Made by a program: the position numbers and the translations under genes. DNA of 64,000 nucleotides from an uncultured Desulfosarcina sp. (GTDB lineage: Bacteria > Desulfobacterota > Desulfobacteria > Desulfobacterales > Desulfosarcinaceae): contig CAXXWQ010000004.1 in NCBI GenBank assembly GCA_963674945.2, forward strand, positions 864,001 through 928,000. Reading direction: 5' to 3'. The notes beneath the pieces were generated by a model. The model was not told where the DNA came from. It did no database searches and saw nothing but the letters and a program-made list of their open reading frames with translations. Position 1 is the stretch's first letter, and each line of letters begins with the position of its first letter. Below, in pieces: positions 31,804 through 42,000 of this stretch.

Positions 31804-31878
31804 CACGCCTGCTTATTGTCTGCTCATTTTTAAAAAAGGAGTAGTTCTTCTTGTAATTATTTTTGAAGGGACCAAGCC

Positions 31879-33504
31879 ATGACGTTACTGAAAAATATCC
31901 AACACATATTTCCACAGGCGACCGAAATACCCGAAACCCTTCTAAAGGATATTCCCTGCATTCAGAACGGCTATCTCGTAAACGGTGAGATTCGGATCTG
32001 GGATGGTCCCCGACAGGAGGTGCGATCTCCGATTTGGATGGCGGGCGAGGCCGGCCCGGAGCCTTTTTTTATCGGCCAATACCCGCTATTGACGGAAACC
32101 GAATCGATTCAGGCCCTGGATGCGGCGGTTGCTGCCTATGATCATGGGCGGGGTCTGTGGCCCACCCTGTCCGTTGCCGAGCGAATTGATCACATGCAGC
32201 AGTTCGTTTTTCGGATGATTGAAGAAAAAGACCGAGTCGTGCGATTTCTGATGTGGGAGGTCGGCAAATCGCTTCAGGATTCGCATAAAGAATTCGACCG
32301 GACCATTCAATACATTAACGACACCCTTGCCGCGCTGAAAGACTTGGACCGCATATCATCCCGGTTCACCATCGAGGAGGGAATCATCGGCCAGATCCGG
32401 CGCGCCCCACTAGGTGTGGTGCTCTGCATGGGACCGTTTAATTATCCGCTCAACGAGACCTTCACTACGCTGATACCCGCACTACTCATGGGCAACACTG
32501 CGATTTTAAAGCCACCCAAGTACGGTGCGCTTCTTTACGCACCGCTTCTGGAAACCTTCCGCGATGTTTTCCCGAAAGGCGTCATCAACGTCATCTATGG
32601 TGAGGGGAGAAAAGTGATTCCTCCGCTCATGGCATCCGGCAAGATCAATGTGCTGGGATTGATCGGCTCGAGCAAGACGGCCAATGCTTTGAAAAAACTG
32701 CACCCTAACCCCAATCGACTCCGCTGCGTGCTGGGGTTGGAGGCCAAGAATCCGGCCATTGTTCTCAAAGGTGCCGATCTTGATCTGGCCGTGCGGCAAT
32801 GCGTTCTCGGCTGCCTTTCCTTTAATGGGCAGCGTTGCACAGCACTTAAGATCCTCTTTGTGGAGGCCGCAATCGTGGACCTGTTTGTTGAACGTTTTTC
32901 CGCGGCCGTTAATGCCCTGCCTTTTGGAATGCCTTGGCAAAAAGGAGTTTTCCTGACACCGGTGGCGGAAAAAGGCAAGACGGATTATTTGCGGGAACTG
33001 GTGTCGGACGCTGTTGCCCAAGGTGCCCGGGTCGTGAATCCTTCCGGAGGAGCGGTTTGCGGCAGCTTCTTTTTTCCTGCCGTCCTTTATCCGGCCAACT
33101 CTGAGATGAGAATCTATCATGAAGAGCAGTTCGGGCCGGTGGTTCCCGTGCTGCCATTCGACAACATAGACCAGCCCATTGCCTACATGATCAATTCCAA
33201 CTACGGCCAGCAAGTCAGCATTTTCGGCAGCGATCCGGACCAGATTGCACGATTGATCGACCCGCTGGTCAACCAGGTCTGCCGGGTCAACATCAACAGC
33301 CAGTGCCAGAGGGGACCGGACACGTTTCCCTTCACGGGCCGAAAGGATTCCGCCGAAGGAACCTTGTCCGTATCCGATGCCCTGCGGGTTTTTTCCATTC
33401 GAACCCTGGTTGCCGCCAAACAGACAGAGTTGAACAAACAGATCATCACCCGCATCGTGCGGGATCACAAAAGCAAATTTTTAGCGACCGATTTTATTCT
33501 ATAA
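31879..33504 (+). CDS. gapN: Non-phosphorylating NADP-GAPDH-like aldehyde dehydrogenase, copy 1
   Basis: ALDH motifs GPFNYPLN, FNGQRCTA, EEQFGP, RGPDTFPFTGRKDS; glycolytic context. Confidence 0.8.
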   Translation: MTLLKNIQHIFPQATEIPETLLKDIPCIQNGYLVNGEIRIWDGPRQEVRSPIWMAGEAGPEPFFIGQYPLLTETESIQALDAAVAAYDHGRGLWPTLSVAERIDHMQQFVFRMIEEKDRVVRFLMWEVGKSLQDSHKEFDRTIQYINDTLAALKDLDRISSRFTIEEGIIGQIRRAPLGVVLCMGPFNYPLNETFTTLIPALLMGNTAILKPPKYGALLYAPLLETFRDVFPKGVINVIYGEGRKVIPPLMASGKINVLGLIGSSKTANALKKLHPNPNRLRCVLGLEAKNPAIVLKGADLDLAVRQCVLGCLSFNGQRCTALKILFVEAAIVDLFVERFSAAVNALPFGMPWQKGVFLTPVAEKGKTDYLRELVSDAVAQGARVVNPSGGAVCGSFFFPAVLYPANSEMRIYHEEQFGPVVPVLPFDNIDQPIAYMINSNYGQQVSIFGSDPDQIARLIDPLVNQVCRVNINSQCQRGPDTFPFTGRKDSAEGTLSVSDALRVFSIRTLVAAKQTELNKQIITRIVRDHKSKFLATDFIL

Positions 33505-33556
33505 AGGAGACCGAAAATGAAGAAAATTGGATGGATAAAAGAAAAGGCAATGGGTT

Positions 33557-34519
33557 ATGGCCACAAAATATCAAGATTACTATAAAATATTTGGGCTTGA
33601 GCGAAATGCGACAGCAAAGGATATCCAAAAAGCCTACCGGAAATTGGCTCGAAAATATCATCCGGATATTAACAAAGAAAAAACAGCTGAAGATAATTTC
33701 AAAAAGGTTACCGAAGCCTATGAGGTGCTGAAGAATCCTGAAAAGCGCAAGCTTTATGATCAATTGGGAGATGAATGGAAAAATGGACAGGATTTCAAGC
33801 CGCCGCCTGAATGGAAGCATCCACATTTTGATCGAGCACCTGATCAGGGAGAATTTTATAATAGCAAAGGATTCAGTGATTTTTTTGAAGCTTTATTCGA
33901 AGCAAATACCGGACAACAGGGGCCGTCAAATGGCTCTGCATATGGAAGCTGGAATTTGCGAGGGCAAGATCATGAAGCAAAAATAGAGATTAGTTTGGAA
34001 GAAGCCTATTCGGGTGCGCCGAAAGGTATCAGTCTGCAGAGTTTCGAAATCGATGCTCAAGGACAAGTGATTCCGGTGACTCGGAGCTACCAGGTTAAAA
34101 TTCCAAAGGGACTTGACGACGGTACTAGAATCCGTATGACCGGAAAGGGCGGCCCCGGCGTGAACAGCGGCCCTCCCGGTGATTTGTTCCTAAAGGTCAA
34201 TTTTATTCCCCATCCCCGATTTAAAGTAGTCGGGCACAATCTGAATATGGATGTGCCGATTACGCCTTGGGAGGCTGCACTTGGGGCCACAGTTACCGTC
34301 CGGCTGCTGGATGGGGAGATTCAGCTGAAAATCCCGGCTGGTATCCAATCAGGCAAAAAAATGCGTATCAAGGGCAAAGGCATGCCTAAAAAAATGAATG
34401 GCCATGGTGATCTTTATGCGCGCATTACCATTGTGATGCCGCAGACATTGACCCAAAAACAGATGGAGTTGTTTGCCGAACTCTCCGAAATATCGGATTT
34501 CAATCCGCGTGATTCCTGA
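33557..34519 (+). CDS. cbpA: CbpA-type DnaJ homolog
   Basis: J domain with HPD, no zinc finger, DnaJ C-terminal domain; followed by a cbpM-like gene. Confidence 0.88.
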   Translation: MATKYQDYYKIFGLERNATAKDIQKAYRKLARKYHPDINKEKTAEDNFKKVTEAYEVLKNPEKRKLYDQLGDEWKNGQDFKPPPEWKHPHFDRAPDQGEFYNSKGFSDFFEALFEANTGQQGPSNGSAYGSWNLRGQDHEAKIEISLEEAYSGAPKGISLQSFEIDAQGQVIPVTRSYQVKIPKGLDDGTRIRMTGKGGPGVNSGPPGDLFLKVNFIPHPRFKVVGHNLNMDVPITPWEAALGATVTVRLLDGEIQLKIPAGIQSGKKMRIKGKGMPKKMNGHGDLYARITIVMPQTLTQKQMELFAELSEISDFNPRDS

Positions 34520-34531
34520 TGGAGATTACAA

Positions 34532-34870
34532 ATGACGAGCAATTATTACCATATTATTCATTATCAACATGAACATTACCGGACATCTCCCGAGCTTATT
34601 TCGATAGATGAGCTGGCAAGGTTATCCAAACAGCACGTCGATATGATCAGATTTATGGTCGATTGGGGGCTGATCGAACCTTCGATAACGGATCCGCAAC
34701 CGCTTTTCTTCGAAACTGCGGTTCCTATGATCTGGAAAATTATGCGTATCCGAAAAGATTTGGGCGTAAATTGGTCCGGTATCGGCGTTATACTCACCCT
34801 TTTGGAACGAGTTGAAAGCCTGGAAAAAGAAGTTGCGCGTTTGGAACAAAATTTTAATGCCCTCAAGTAG
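34532..34870 (+). CDS. cbpM: Chaperone modulator CbpM-like (MerR-type HTH)
   Basis: ISIDELARL...GLIEP...RIRKDLGVNWSGIGVILTLLERVESLE. Confidence 0.85.
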   Translation: MTSNYYHIIHYQHEHYRTSPELISIDELARLSKQHVDMIRFMVDWGLIEPSITDPQPLFFETAVPMIWKIMRIRKDLGVNWSGIGVILTLLERVESLEKEVARLEQNFNALK

Positions 34871-34877
34871 ATTCATT

Positions 34878-35116
34878 CCGGCACGAAGCTTTGTTATCGC
34901 AGGGATGTTGAAGATATCTTGACCAGGGAAATATTAGGTTCGCGGAAAAAATGGTCTCATATCATTGGTGTCGGTCTAATGGGTGACAACGGGTTTGGCG
35001 GACGATCTTATTATAGGGCTTTGTTCTCAAAGGATTGCTCATCAATACGGGTGTTGTGACCGATTTTACCCGGATTTCAGGCGAAACGCGAACCAATATT
35101 ATTCTTCGCGAACAGG
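34878..35116 (+). pseudogene. Patchwork of pfkB and nhaA fragments
   Basis: 34878-34936 resembles the pfkB 3' end (53827-53885); 34948-34996 resembles nhaA 36283-36331; 35030-35116 is nearly identical to pfkB 53173-53259. Confidence 0.75.
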
Positions 35117-35119
35117 GAA

Positions 35120-36517
35120 ATGATGATGTCTTTATCGATTACCGACAATAATGACACAGACGCCTTCTTACAGGGTCAGGAAAAGATCGGTCCCTTTCAA
35201 CGATTTTTCAACAAAATCGCAAGCGGGAGTTACCCTATTTTACTGGCAGTCATTCTGGCGATGATCTGGGCGAATCTATTGGCTGCCGCCTATCACTCTT
35301 TTTGGCATACCCCCTTATCTCTCTCGTTCGGGCAATTTAGCATCTCCAAGCCCCTGGTTCATTGGATTGACGAAGCTTTAATGGCCCTCTTCTTTTTTAC
35401 CGTCGGCCTTGAAATCAAACGCGAGATCCTTGTCGGGGGCCTTTCCTCTCCCAGGCAAGCCGCTCTTCCCCTTGCCGCTGCTTTTGGTGGCATGCTGGTC
35501 CCGGCAACCATTTTTTATCTGTTTAATCATGGAACAGCTGAAGCCACCGGCTGGGCCATCCCCATGGCCACGGACATTGCCTTTTCCCTGGCGGTTTTAG
35601 CTCTCCTAAAAGACAAAGTACCCAACGGTCTGCGGATTTTCCTGACCGCCTTTGCTATTGCCGACGATTTGGGGGCCGTTATGGTTATTGCGTTATTTTA
35701 TACCAAAACCATCGTATGGCAAAATTTGATCTTTTCTACTCTATTTTTTGTCGCCCTTTGTGTGGCGAACATCCTTTGGATTAGAAAAACCTTAGTTTAC
35801 ATCGTACTCGGTATGGGCATGTGGTTTACGATTTTGGGATCAGGTATGCATGCAACCATAGCCGGCGTGATCGTGGCCCTTTTTATTCCCGCAAGAGGAA
35901 AATACGACACGGAAACATTTACCGGAAATGTAAAAGCATATTTAAATCGGATCGTCTGTGAAAACGACTGCGGTTATACGATTTTAATGAATCAACAACA
36001 TCTCGATGCGGTTCAAGAGATCGAGATTGCCTGTTCAAACGTGGAGACACCGCTTCAAAGGTTGGAACATCATCTTCAATCATGGGTTGCCTATTTGGTT
36101 TTGCCCCTATTTGCACTGGCAAATTCAGGACTTGCTTTAAGAGAACTTGACGTGTTCACCGCGATCCGCCATCCGGTCACACTGGGTGTAATCTTCGGAC
36201 TTGTTTTCGGAAAACCGCTGGGAATCCTGTCCTTTACCTATTTGTGTTCCAAGTTTCTGCAAACACCTTTATTACAAGGGATAAAATGGTCTCATGTAGC
36301 GGGCGTCAGCCTATTGGGCGGCATTGGTTTTACGATGTCGTTATTTATTTCAGGCCTGTCCTTCACTTCAGCTCAAGTATTGGATTTTTCCAAACTTGGT
36401 ATCATTGCCGGATCGGTTGTATCCGGTATTGCCGGTTGGATTGTGTTGGGCTTTTTGGGCCGACCTGCACATACACCGGCATTTGACAAGCGCATTGCGC
36501 CCGGAGAACGATTATGA
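35120..36517 (+). CDS. nhaA: Na+/H+ antiporter NhaA
   Basis: FFFTVGLEIKRE, GWAIPMATDIAF, AIADDLG, GIGFTMSLFI. Confidence 0.95.
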   Translation: MMMSLSITDNNDTDAFLQGQEKIGPFQRFFNKIASGSYPILLAVILAMIWANLLAAAYHSFWHTPLSLSFGQFSISKPLVHWIDEALMALFFFTVGLEIKREILVGGLSSPRQAALPLAAAFGGMLVPATIFYLFNHGTAEATGWAIPMATDIAFSLAVLALLKDKVPNGLRIFLTAFAIADDLGAVMVIALFYTKTIVWQNLIFSTLFFVALCVANILWIRKTLVYIVLGMGMWFTILGSGMHATIAGVIVALFIPARGKYDTETFTGNVKAYLNRIVCENDCGYTILMNQQHLDAVQEIEIACSNVETPLQRLEHHLQSWVAYLVLPLFALANSGLALRELDVFTAIRHPVTLGVIFGLVFGKPLGILSFTYLCSKFLQTPLLQGIKWSHVAGVSLLGGIGFTMSLFISGLSFTSAQVLDFSKLGIIAGSVVSGIAGWIVLGFLGRPAHTPAFDKRIAPGERL

Positions 36518-37929
36518 GTGTCATTCTGCCAAAAACAAAGGTTGTCTGTACCATCGGTCCGGCCAGTGACTCGCCTGAAATCATAAGCGAATTGATACTG
36601 AACGGCATGCGCGTTGCCCGCTTGAATTTTTCTCATGGAACACACAGTGAGCATGAGAAAAAAATTCATACCATCAGAAAAATTGCCGGAGATATGGGCG
36701 AACCGGTTGCTATATTACAGGATCTCGGAGGGCCAAAAATACGGGTGGGGCATATCCCTGATCCAGGCGTCCGAATAGAACCGGGGCAGGATATTATTCT
36801 TACCACTCAGACAGTTGAAGGGTCGAAGCAGCGCATATCTGTTTCCTACCCGCTGTTAAACGAAGAAGTCAAAGCCGGAGATCGGATATTACTCGCAGAT
36901 GGCTTTTTGGAACTTCGGGTGCGCTCGGTAATCGGATCTGAAATCCATGGTGAGGTCATTACGGGCGGCGTGCTGACCTCTCACAAAGGGATTAATCTAC
37001 CGACCGGAACCATTCGCATGCCTTCAATGACGGATAAAGACCGTAACGATCTGTATTTTGGCCTGGGTCATGATGTTGATTATATAGCGCTGTCATTTGT
37101 CAGAACTGCGGCAGACATTCGAAACATAAAAGAAATCATTCGCCGGGAAAACAAGCATACGCCGGTCATCGCCAAAATTGAAAAGCATGAGGCCATCGCT
37201 CATTTTGAAGATATTCTGGATGCTGCCGACGCAATCATGGTGGCCCGAGGTGACTTGGGTGTGGAGATACCCTTGGAAGAAGTGCCCGGCATCCAAAAAC
37301 GACTGATTCAAAAAGCCAATGCTTTGGGAAAACCCGTTATTACCGCTACTCAGATGCTGCGCTCCATGGTAGATGCGCCACGACCAACCAGGGCCGAGGC
37401 CTCGGATGTAGCCAACGCTGTTTTGGATGGCACGGATGCCGTTATGCTTTCGGAAGAAACCGCGACGGGGAATTATCCGGTTCAAGCAGTTCGTTATATG
37501 ATTCGCATCGTAGCCCAAACGGAAAAAAACTACCCCCATGATCGATACCTGAAAATGGTGCCCGAAAAGGAGGTTTCGGACGCGGTGACATATGCTGCCT
37601 GCGTATTGGCGGATCACCTGGATGCAACTGCGATTTTAGCGCCAACACGTTCCGGCCGGACGGCCATACACATCTCCAGGTACAGGCCCAAGCAACCGAT
37701 TATTGCATTTACGCCCAGCCGGACAACCCTAAGGCAACTCTCTCTTTACCGTGGAATTTACCCCCGCATGATTTTAAACCATCAGGATACGGATGACCTG
37801 ATTGAAAAGGTATCCAAAAAGGCGGTTGAAACAGGCGATTTGGTTGAAGGGGAACTGGCCGTCATCACGGCCGGCAATCCGGTTTGGGTCGCCGGCATGA
37901 CGAATATGATTCGGGTCATGTCCTTATAG
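36514..37929 (+). CDS. pyk: Pyruvate kinase, copy 1
   Basis: [42 protein letters not shown]. Confidence 0.96.
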   Translation: MSVILPKTKVVCTIGPASDSPEIISELILNGMRVARLNFSHGTHSEHEKKIHTIRKIAGDMGEPVAILQDLGGPKIRVGHIPDPGVRIEPGQDIILTTQTVEGSKQRISVSYPLLNEEVKAGDRILLADGFLELRVRSVIGSEIHGEVITGGVLTSHKGINLPTGTIRMPSMTDKDRNDLYFGLGHDVDYIALSFVRTAADIRNIKEIIRRENKHTPVIAKIEKHEAIAHFEDILDAADAIMVARGDLGVEIPLEEVPGIQKRLIQKANALGKPVITATQMLRSMVDAPRPTRAEASDVANAVLDGTDAVMLSEETATGNYPVQAVRYMIRIVAQTEKNYPHDRYLKMVPEKEVSDAVTYAACVLADHLDATAILAPTRSGRTAIHISRYRPKQPIIAFTPSRTTLRQLSLYRGIYPRMILNHQDTDDLIEKVSKKAVETGDLVEGELAVITAGNPVWVAGMTNMIRVMSL

Positions 37930-37979
37930 AAATTGAGCCAAAAGCAGTAATCTGACGAATAACAGTGGGAGATAGAATA

Positions 37980-38270
37980 ATGAAACTGACGCTAATGCGG
38001 CACAGTGAAAGCGTTTGGAATAGGGAAAACCGCTTTACTGGGTGGACGGATGTCGATCTTTCCGGCCATGGCAGGATCGAAGCTCAAGAAGCGAGCAAGA
38101 CGCTCAAATCCGAAGGCTACTACTTCGATATCGCCTATACCTCAGTGCTCAAGCGCGCCATACGCACACTTTGGATTGTACTGGATGAACTTGACCAAAT
38201 GTGGATTCCTGTCGAGCGTTCGTGGCGAATGAATAGAAGAAGATCTTTTGCAGTGGCGAGATGGAAATGA
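37980..38270 (+). pseudogene. gpmA: Truncated 2,3-BPG-dependent phosphoglycerate mutase
   Basis: Near-identical to the first ~84 codons of the intact gpmA at 44474, RHG changed to RHS, breaks off at SWR. Confidence 0.85.
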
Positions 38271-38531
38271 CGACGCCTATGATCCGGCTGGGCCTTGGCT
38301 TTGGTATCAGCCAATTCGTTGTTTTTCGGACTCAACCGTGCGCTTTTCAGCATAAGCGGGCTGCGGTTGGCGGCCGAGATGGCCGCTAACAGGTCAGTCA
38401 AATAGGTTGTTGCCTTAAGGGCTGACGCCAATGGGCTGCTGACGACGATTCGTTGGGGCATGAAAAAACAAATCCTCAGGGGGGCGGAGATTCTGGATCG
38501 GCTGTTACGGGGATTACATCTCAGGCAATAA
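38267..38531 (+). pseudogene. Condensed relic of a DUF21/CNNM-domain gene
   Basis: With one frameshift and a stop it reads ...ISQ/SLFFGLNRALFSISGLRL...ALRADANGLLTTIRWG, joined directly to KQILRGAEILDRLLRG, a typical C-terminus of this family. Confidence 0.6.
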
Positions 38532-38586
38532 TTAGGCCGCAAGCTGCTTCCGGCTATTCAGAGTATTTTGATGGAAGGAATCAAAG

Positions 38587-39597
38587 ATGATTTATACCGT
38601 AACCTTAAATCCCGCATTGGACCGTTCCGTTGTTGTAGACCAGTTGCTTTCGGAAGACACCACCCGCATACTATCGGAAACGCCGTATGCTGCGGGCAAA
38701 GGCATTAATGTATCCAGGGTCATACGGGAGTTGGGGGGGCATGGTGTTGCCCTTGGTCTCATCGGCGGTTATGAGGGCTTACAGTTGGAAGGATTGCTTA
38801 TCAATGCGGGGGTCACGGCTGATTTTACCAGGATTTCAGGTGAAACGCGGACCAATATTATTCTTCGCGAACAATCAAAGGACCGCCAGTACGCGATCAG
38901 TGCTACCGGGCTGGAAGTTCATGCAACAGAAATCGGCCTATTTTATCAAAATGTTAACCGAATTCAGAATATGGATTACCTGATCTTGAGCGGGAGCCTT
39001 CCGCGCGGTCTATCACCGAATATCTATGGTCAACTGATCCTTACCGGTAAGAAAAAAGGTGATCGGTCCTTACCCGGAGGAGGAAGAGTCCCATATGATC
39101 AGCGCGGATGGGCACCCTGTTTTTATCCGCCCGGTAAAGCCCGAGGATGCCCCGCTTTTCACAGCGTTGTTCAAGGCCCTGTCGCCCACGACGATTTATC
39201 AGCGTTTTTTTGGGGCACTCAAGTCAAGGAACTGAATCCTGAAATGCTGGCCCGCTTCACCCAGATCGATTACGACCGCGAGATCGCGCTGGTGGCCATC
39301 GATGAAGATTCAGACACCGATCGCTTGCTGGGGGTGGCCAGAATCATCGGCGAGCCGGATGGACAAACAGGAGAGTTTGCCGTTGTGGTGGGCGATGCCT
39401 GGCAAAGCCGCGGCATTGGGTCGAACCTGCTGGGAAAATGCCTGTCCATCGCCGAAAAGCAGGGCTACACTATGGTTCTTGGCGTCGTGCTAAAAGAGAA
39501 CCAAAACATGCTCGCCATGGGAAAAAAGCTGGGGTTTGACATCCGTAGAGATGCCGAAGGCGGAGACAATGAGCTGGTGATTCATTTCGAGGTTTAG
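38587..39597 (+). pseudogene. pfkB::GNAT chimeric ORF
   Basis: First ~157 codons parallel pfkB at 52971; from 39058 the DNA parallels the 3' end of the Pat gene (from ~12563); frame restored at TCAAG-TCAAG (39219-39228). Confidence 0.8.
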
Positions 39598-39605
39598 AAC
39601 GGTCA

Positions 39606-40706
39606 GTGTCTGGAGATGATATTTTGAAAAATATAGCGCAACAAATTCCGTCACCGGAAGAGAGCACGAATCAGATTTTTGAACTCAGTGGGGCTAAATT
39701 TGAGCCTGACGTGGCCGCCGATCTGTGGCCCAAGATCATGAAACACAAGTGGCTTCTATCAGAAAAGCTCGGCAGGGATGTGGGGCTCCGGATTGCCTGC
39801 ATCGATTTTCTGGAAAACACCGAGCAAGCCCTTGTGGAATATATGATCTATAAACGAACGGATATTCTGAGCGATATGGGTGCTCAGACGGTCAAAAGAG
39901 AAATGTGGGATAGCATATCCGACTCCCAACCGCCCAAAATGCTGGTCCAACGCAGAATCATTTTACCCCTGACCGAGGAGGGCCTGTCCAAAAAGCATGG
40001 GGTGGTCCCGCCCAAGGCGATCATTTTCTTTGGACCTCCGGGTACCGGAAAGACCCATTTTGCGAAGGCCATCGCCGGTGTTTTGTCCTGGTGGTACATC
40101 GAAATCGTCCCCAGCATGTTGATGGCGGATGGTGTGGAAAAAATCGGTGCAAATCTACGGTTCATCATGGAGAGAGTCAGACAGCTCGATGAAGTGGTCC
40201 TTATTATCGATGAGTTCGATGAAATCGCAGGCAGCCGCGATAGGGCCAACCGGATCGACAAGTCCATCACCAACGAATTTTTGAAACAGATTCCATTGCT
40301 TAAAAACCAGGCAAACAAAATCCTATTGGTGTGTGCCACGAACTATATCCGGCAACTGGATGGCGCCATGCTTCGCCCTGGAAGGTTTGACTGCATCATT
40401 CCGGTCGGCGGGTTGGACCAGGAAGGCAGGACAACCATCCTGGCGCATTATCTATCCAGGCTGAATACCGGCCCAATCGATATAGCCCAGATCGTCGCAA
40501 TGACTATGGGGTTTACGCCCGCTGACATCCAGTATCTTTTTGAGCAGGTGGCGCAGTTCGCATTCGAGCAGGAGCTTACCGACAAAAAAGACTACCGCGT
40601 TACCGTGGAGACATTCACTCAAATTCTGAAAAGTGTGCGGGCATCCCTAAGCGAGGAGGTAATCGAAGAGTTTGAAAAGGACAGTCTCAGTTATTCGCGC
40701 TTCTGA
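39606..40706 (+). CDS. AAA+ ATPase with a DUF4032-like N-terminal domain
   Basis: GPPGTGKT, IIDEFD, CATN, LRPGRFD; N-terminal KHKWLLSEKLGRDVGL. GTG start. Confidence 0.85.
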   Translation: MSGDDILKNIAQQIPSPEESTNQIFELSGAKFEPDVAADLWPKIMKHKWLLSEKLGRDVGLRIACIDFLENTEQALVEYMIYKRTDILSDMGAQTVKREMWDSISDSQPPKMLVQRRIILPLTEEGLSKKHGVVPPKAIIFFGPPGTGKTHFAKAIAGVLSWWYIEIVPSMLMADGVEKIGANLRFIMERVRQLDEVVLIIDEFDEIAGSRDRANRIDKSITNEFLKQIPLLKNQANKILLVCATNYIRQLDGAMLRPGRFDCIIPVGGLDQEGRTTILAHYLSRLNTGPIDIAQIVAMTMGFTPADIQYLFEQVAQFAFEQELTDKKDYRVTVETFTQILKSVRASLSEEVIEEFEKDSLSYSRF

Positions 40707-40811
40707 AGTGGTGACGACAAGGTTTTGAGTTATGGGTGTTCTAAGAAATCGAAATAGCAGAAGGTATCCATTTTATTGGATCAACCAAGCATCCAAAAAA
40801 GGAGAAGAACC

Positions 40812-41060
40812 ATGATTAACAAAGACGAACTTTGCCGAAAAATCAAAGATATTTATCCGGACATCGGTGAATGCGGCGTCAATCTTAATGTTGCATTCGA
40901 TGAGGCAAATCAGCGGTGGGTGGTCGATTTGAAAAAAGGTTCCCGCCGAATGAGGACCTTTCTGGAAGAAGGGGATGCCGAAGCCTGTCTACAGGGCCGA
41001 CAGTGTGTCAGCCTGGGCATTGAAATCGGTCAACTGCGCGACACGATCGCGCGCATGTAA
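40812..41060 (+). CDS. Conserved-looking hypothetical protein (82 aa, 4 Cys)
   Basis: AAGGAG RBS; MINKDELCRKIKDIYPDIGECGV...ACLQGRQCVSLG. Confidence 0.7.
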   Translation: MINKDELCRKIKDIYPDIGECGVNLNVAFDEANQRWVVDLKKGSRRMRTFLEEGDAEACLQGRQCVSLGIEIGQLRDTIARM

Positions 41061-41075
41061 CGTCATGGTACTGAC

Positions 41076-41732
41076 ATGCATACAGTCCTTTCAAACCCGA
41101 AGCGTGTTCAGTCGCAAGGCGAGGAAATCGCCAACAGCATCAGTCACGGCGCTGGTCTGGTCGGCGCACTGGCCGGAACACCATTTCTCATCTTGCATGC
41201 CGTAAGGCACTGGGATGCCGCATACATTGTCGGTACGAGTGTTTTCTCAGGGTCCATGATTCTTCTTTACCTTGCCTCGGCGCTTTACCATGCTTGTCCG
41301 ATCGGCAAAATCAAACGCTGTTTCCGGATCATTGAGCATTCCGCGATCTTCATTCTTATCGCCGGCACGTATACACCGTTAACTCTTGGCATACTTCGTG
41401 GGGCAATGGGCTGGATGCTCTTTGGGGCAATCTGGGGCCTTGCCGCAACCGGAGTGGTGCTGAAAGCTTTCTACCAAACCGCCCATCCAATTCTTTCCAC
41501 CTGCCTATATCTGCTTATGGGGTGGCTGCTAGTGATTGCGGTAAAGCCTTTATTGGCCGGCATGTCGGCTGCGGGTCTGTTCTTATTGATTGCGGGGGGC
41601 TTGTCCTATACCGCCGGTGTCGCCTTTTTTGCCACCGATTCGCGGATCCCTTATGGCCACTTTATCTGGCACCTTTTTGTCATCACCGGCACTACATGCC
41701 ATTATTTCTTAGTCCTTTGGTATGCGGCCTGA
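41076..41732 (+). CDS. Hemolysin III / PAQR-family membrane protein
   Basis: EEIANSISHG, SALYH, EHSAIFILIAGTYTP, HFIWHLFV. Confidence 0.92.
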   Translation: MHTVLSNPKRVQSQGEEIANSISHGAGLVGALAGTPFLILHAVRHWDAAYIVGTSVFSGSMILLYLASALYHACPIGKIKRCFRIIEHSAIFILIAGTYTPLTLGILRGAMGWMLFGAIWGLAATGVVLKAFYQTAHPILSTCLYLLMGWLLVIAVKPLLAGMSAAGLFLLIAGGLSYTAGVAFFATDSRIPYGHFIWHLFVITGTTCHYFLVLWYAA

Positions 41733-41770
41733 GAATCAAGCAATTGTCATCCTATTGCCCATCCAGAAAG

Positions 41771-41917
41771 GGTTATATGTAACCATTGGTTAAATATAAC
41801 CCTTTTCAGGTGGTGATTAATGCTGCCCCCGGAATATTTGTTTAGCAAATTGCGTTTAAATATCAGAATGATAGGCATCGTTACCATGAATGCATGGTGC
41901 CTGGTACAAAAATTGAA
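41771..41917 (+). promoter_or_regulatory. Sigma54 promoter module 3
   Basis: GGTTATATGTAACC-att-GGTTAAATATAACC (41771-41801); TAAATATCAGAATGAT (41857-41872); CTGGTACAAAAATTGAA with GG 41903-4. Confidence 0.8.
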
Positions 41918-42000
41918 AGTCCAGAAATTATCTGATGGACGTTCTGGTTACCGGCGAAAACGTGTGTGATTACAAAGCAAATTAGGAGTAGGAGCGATAG

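Noticed and set aside
34878..34895. CCGGCACGAAGCTTTG as a sigma54 promoter for nhaA
   Set aside because: The -12 spacing is off by one, no UAS lies upstream, and the sequence is explained as a pfkB 3' fragment.
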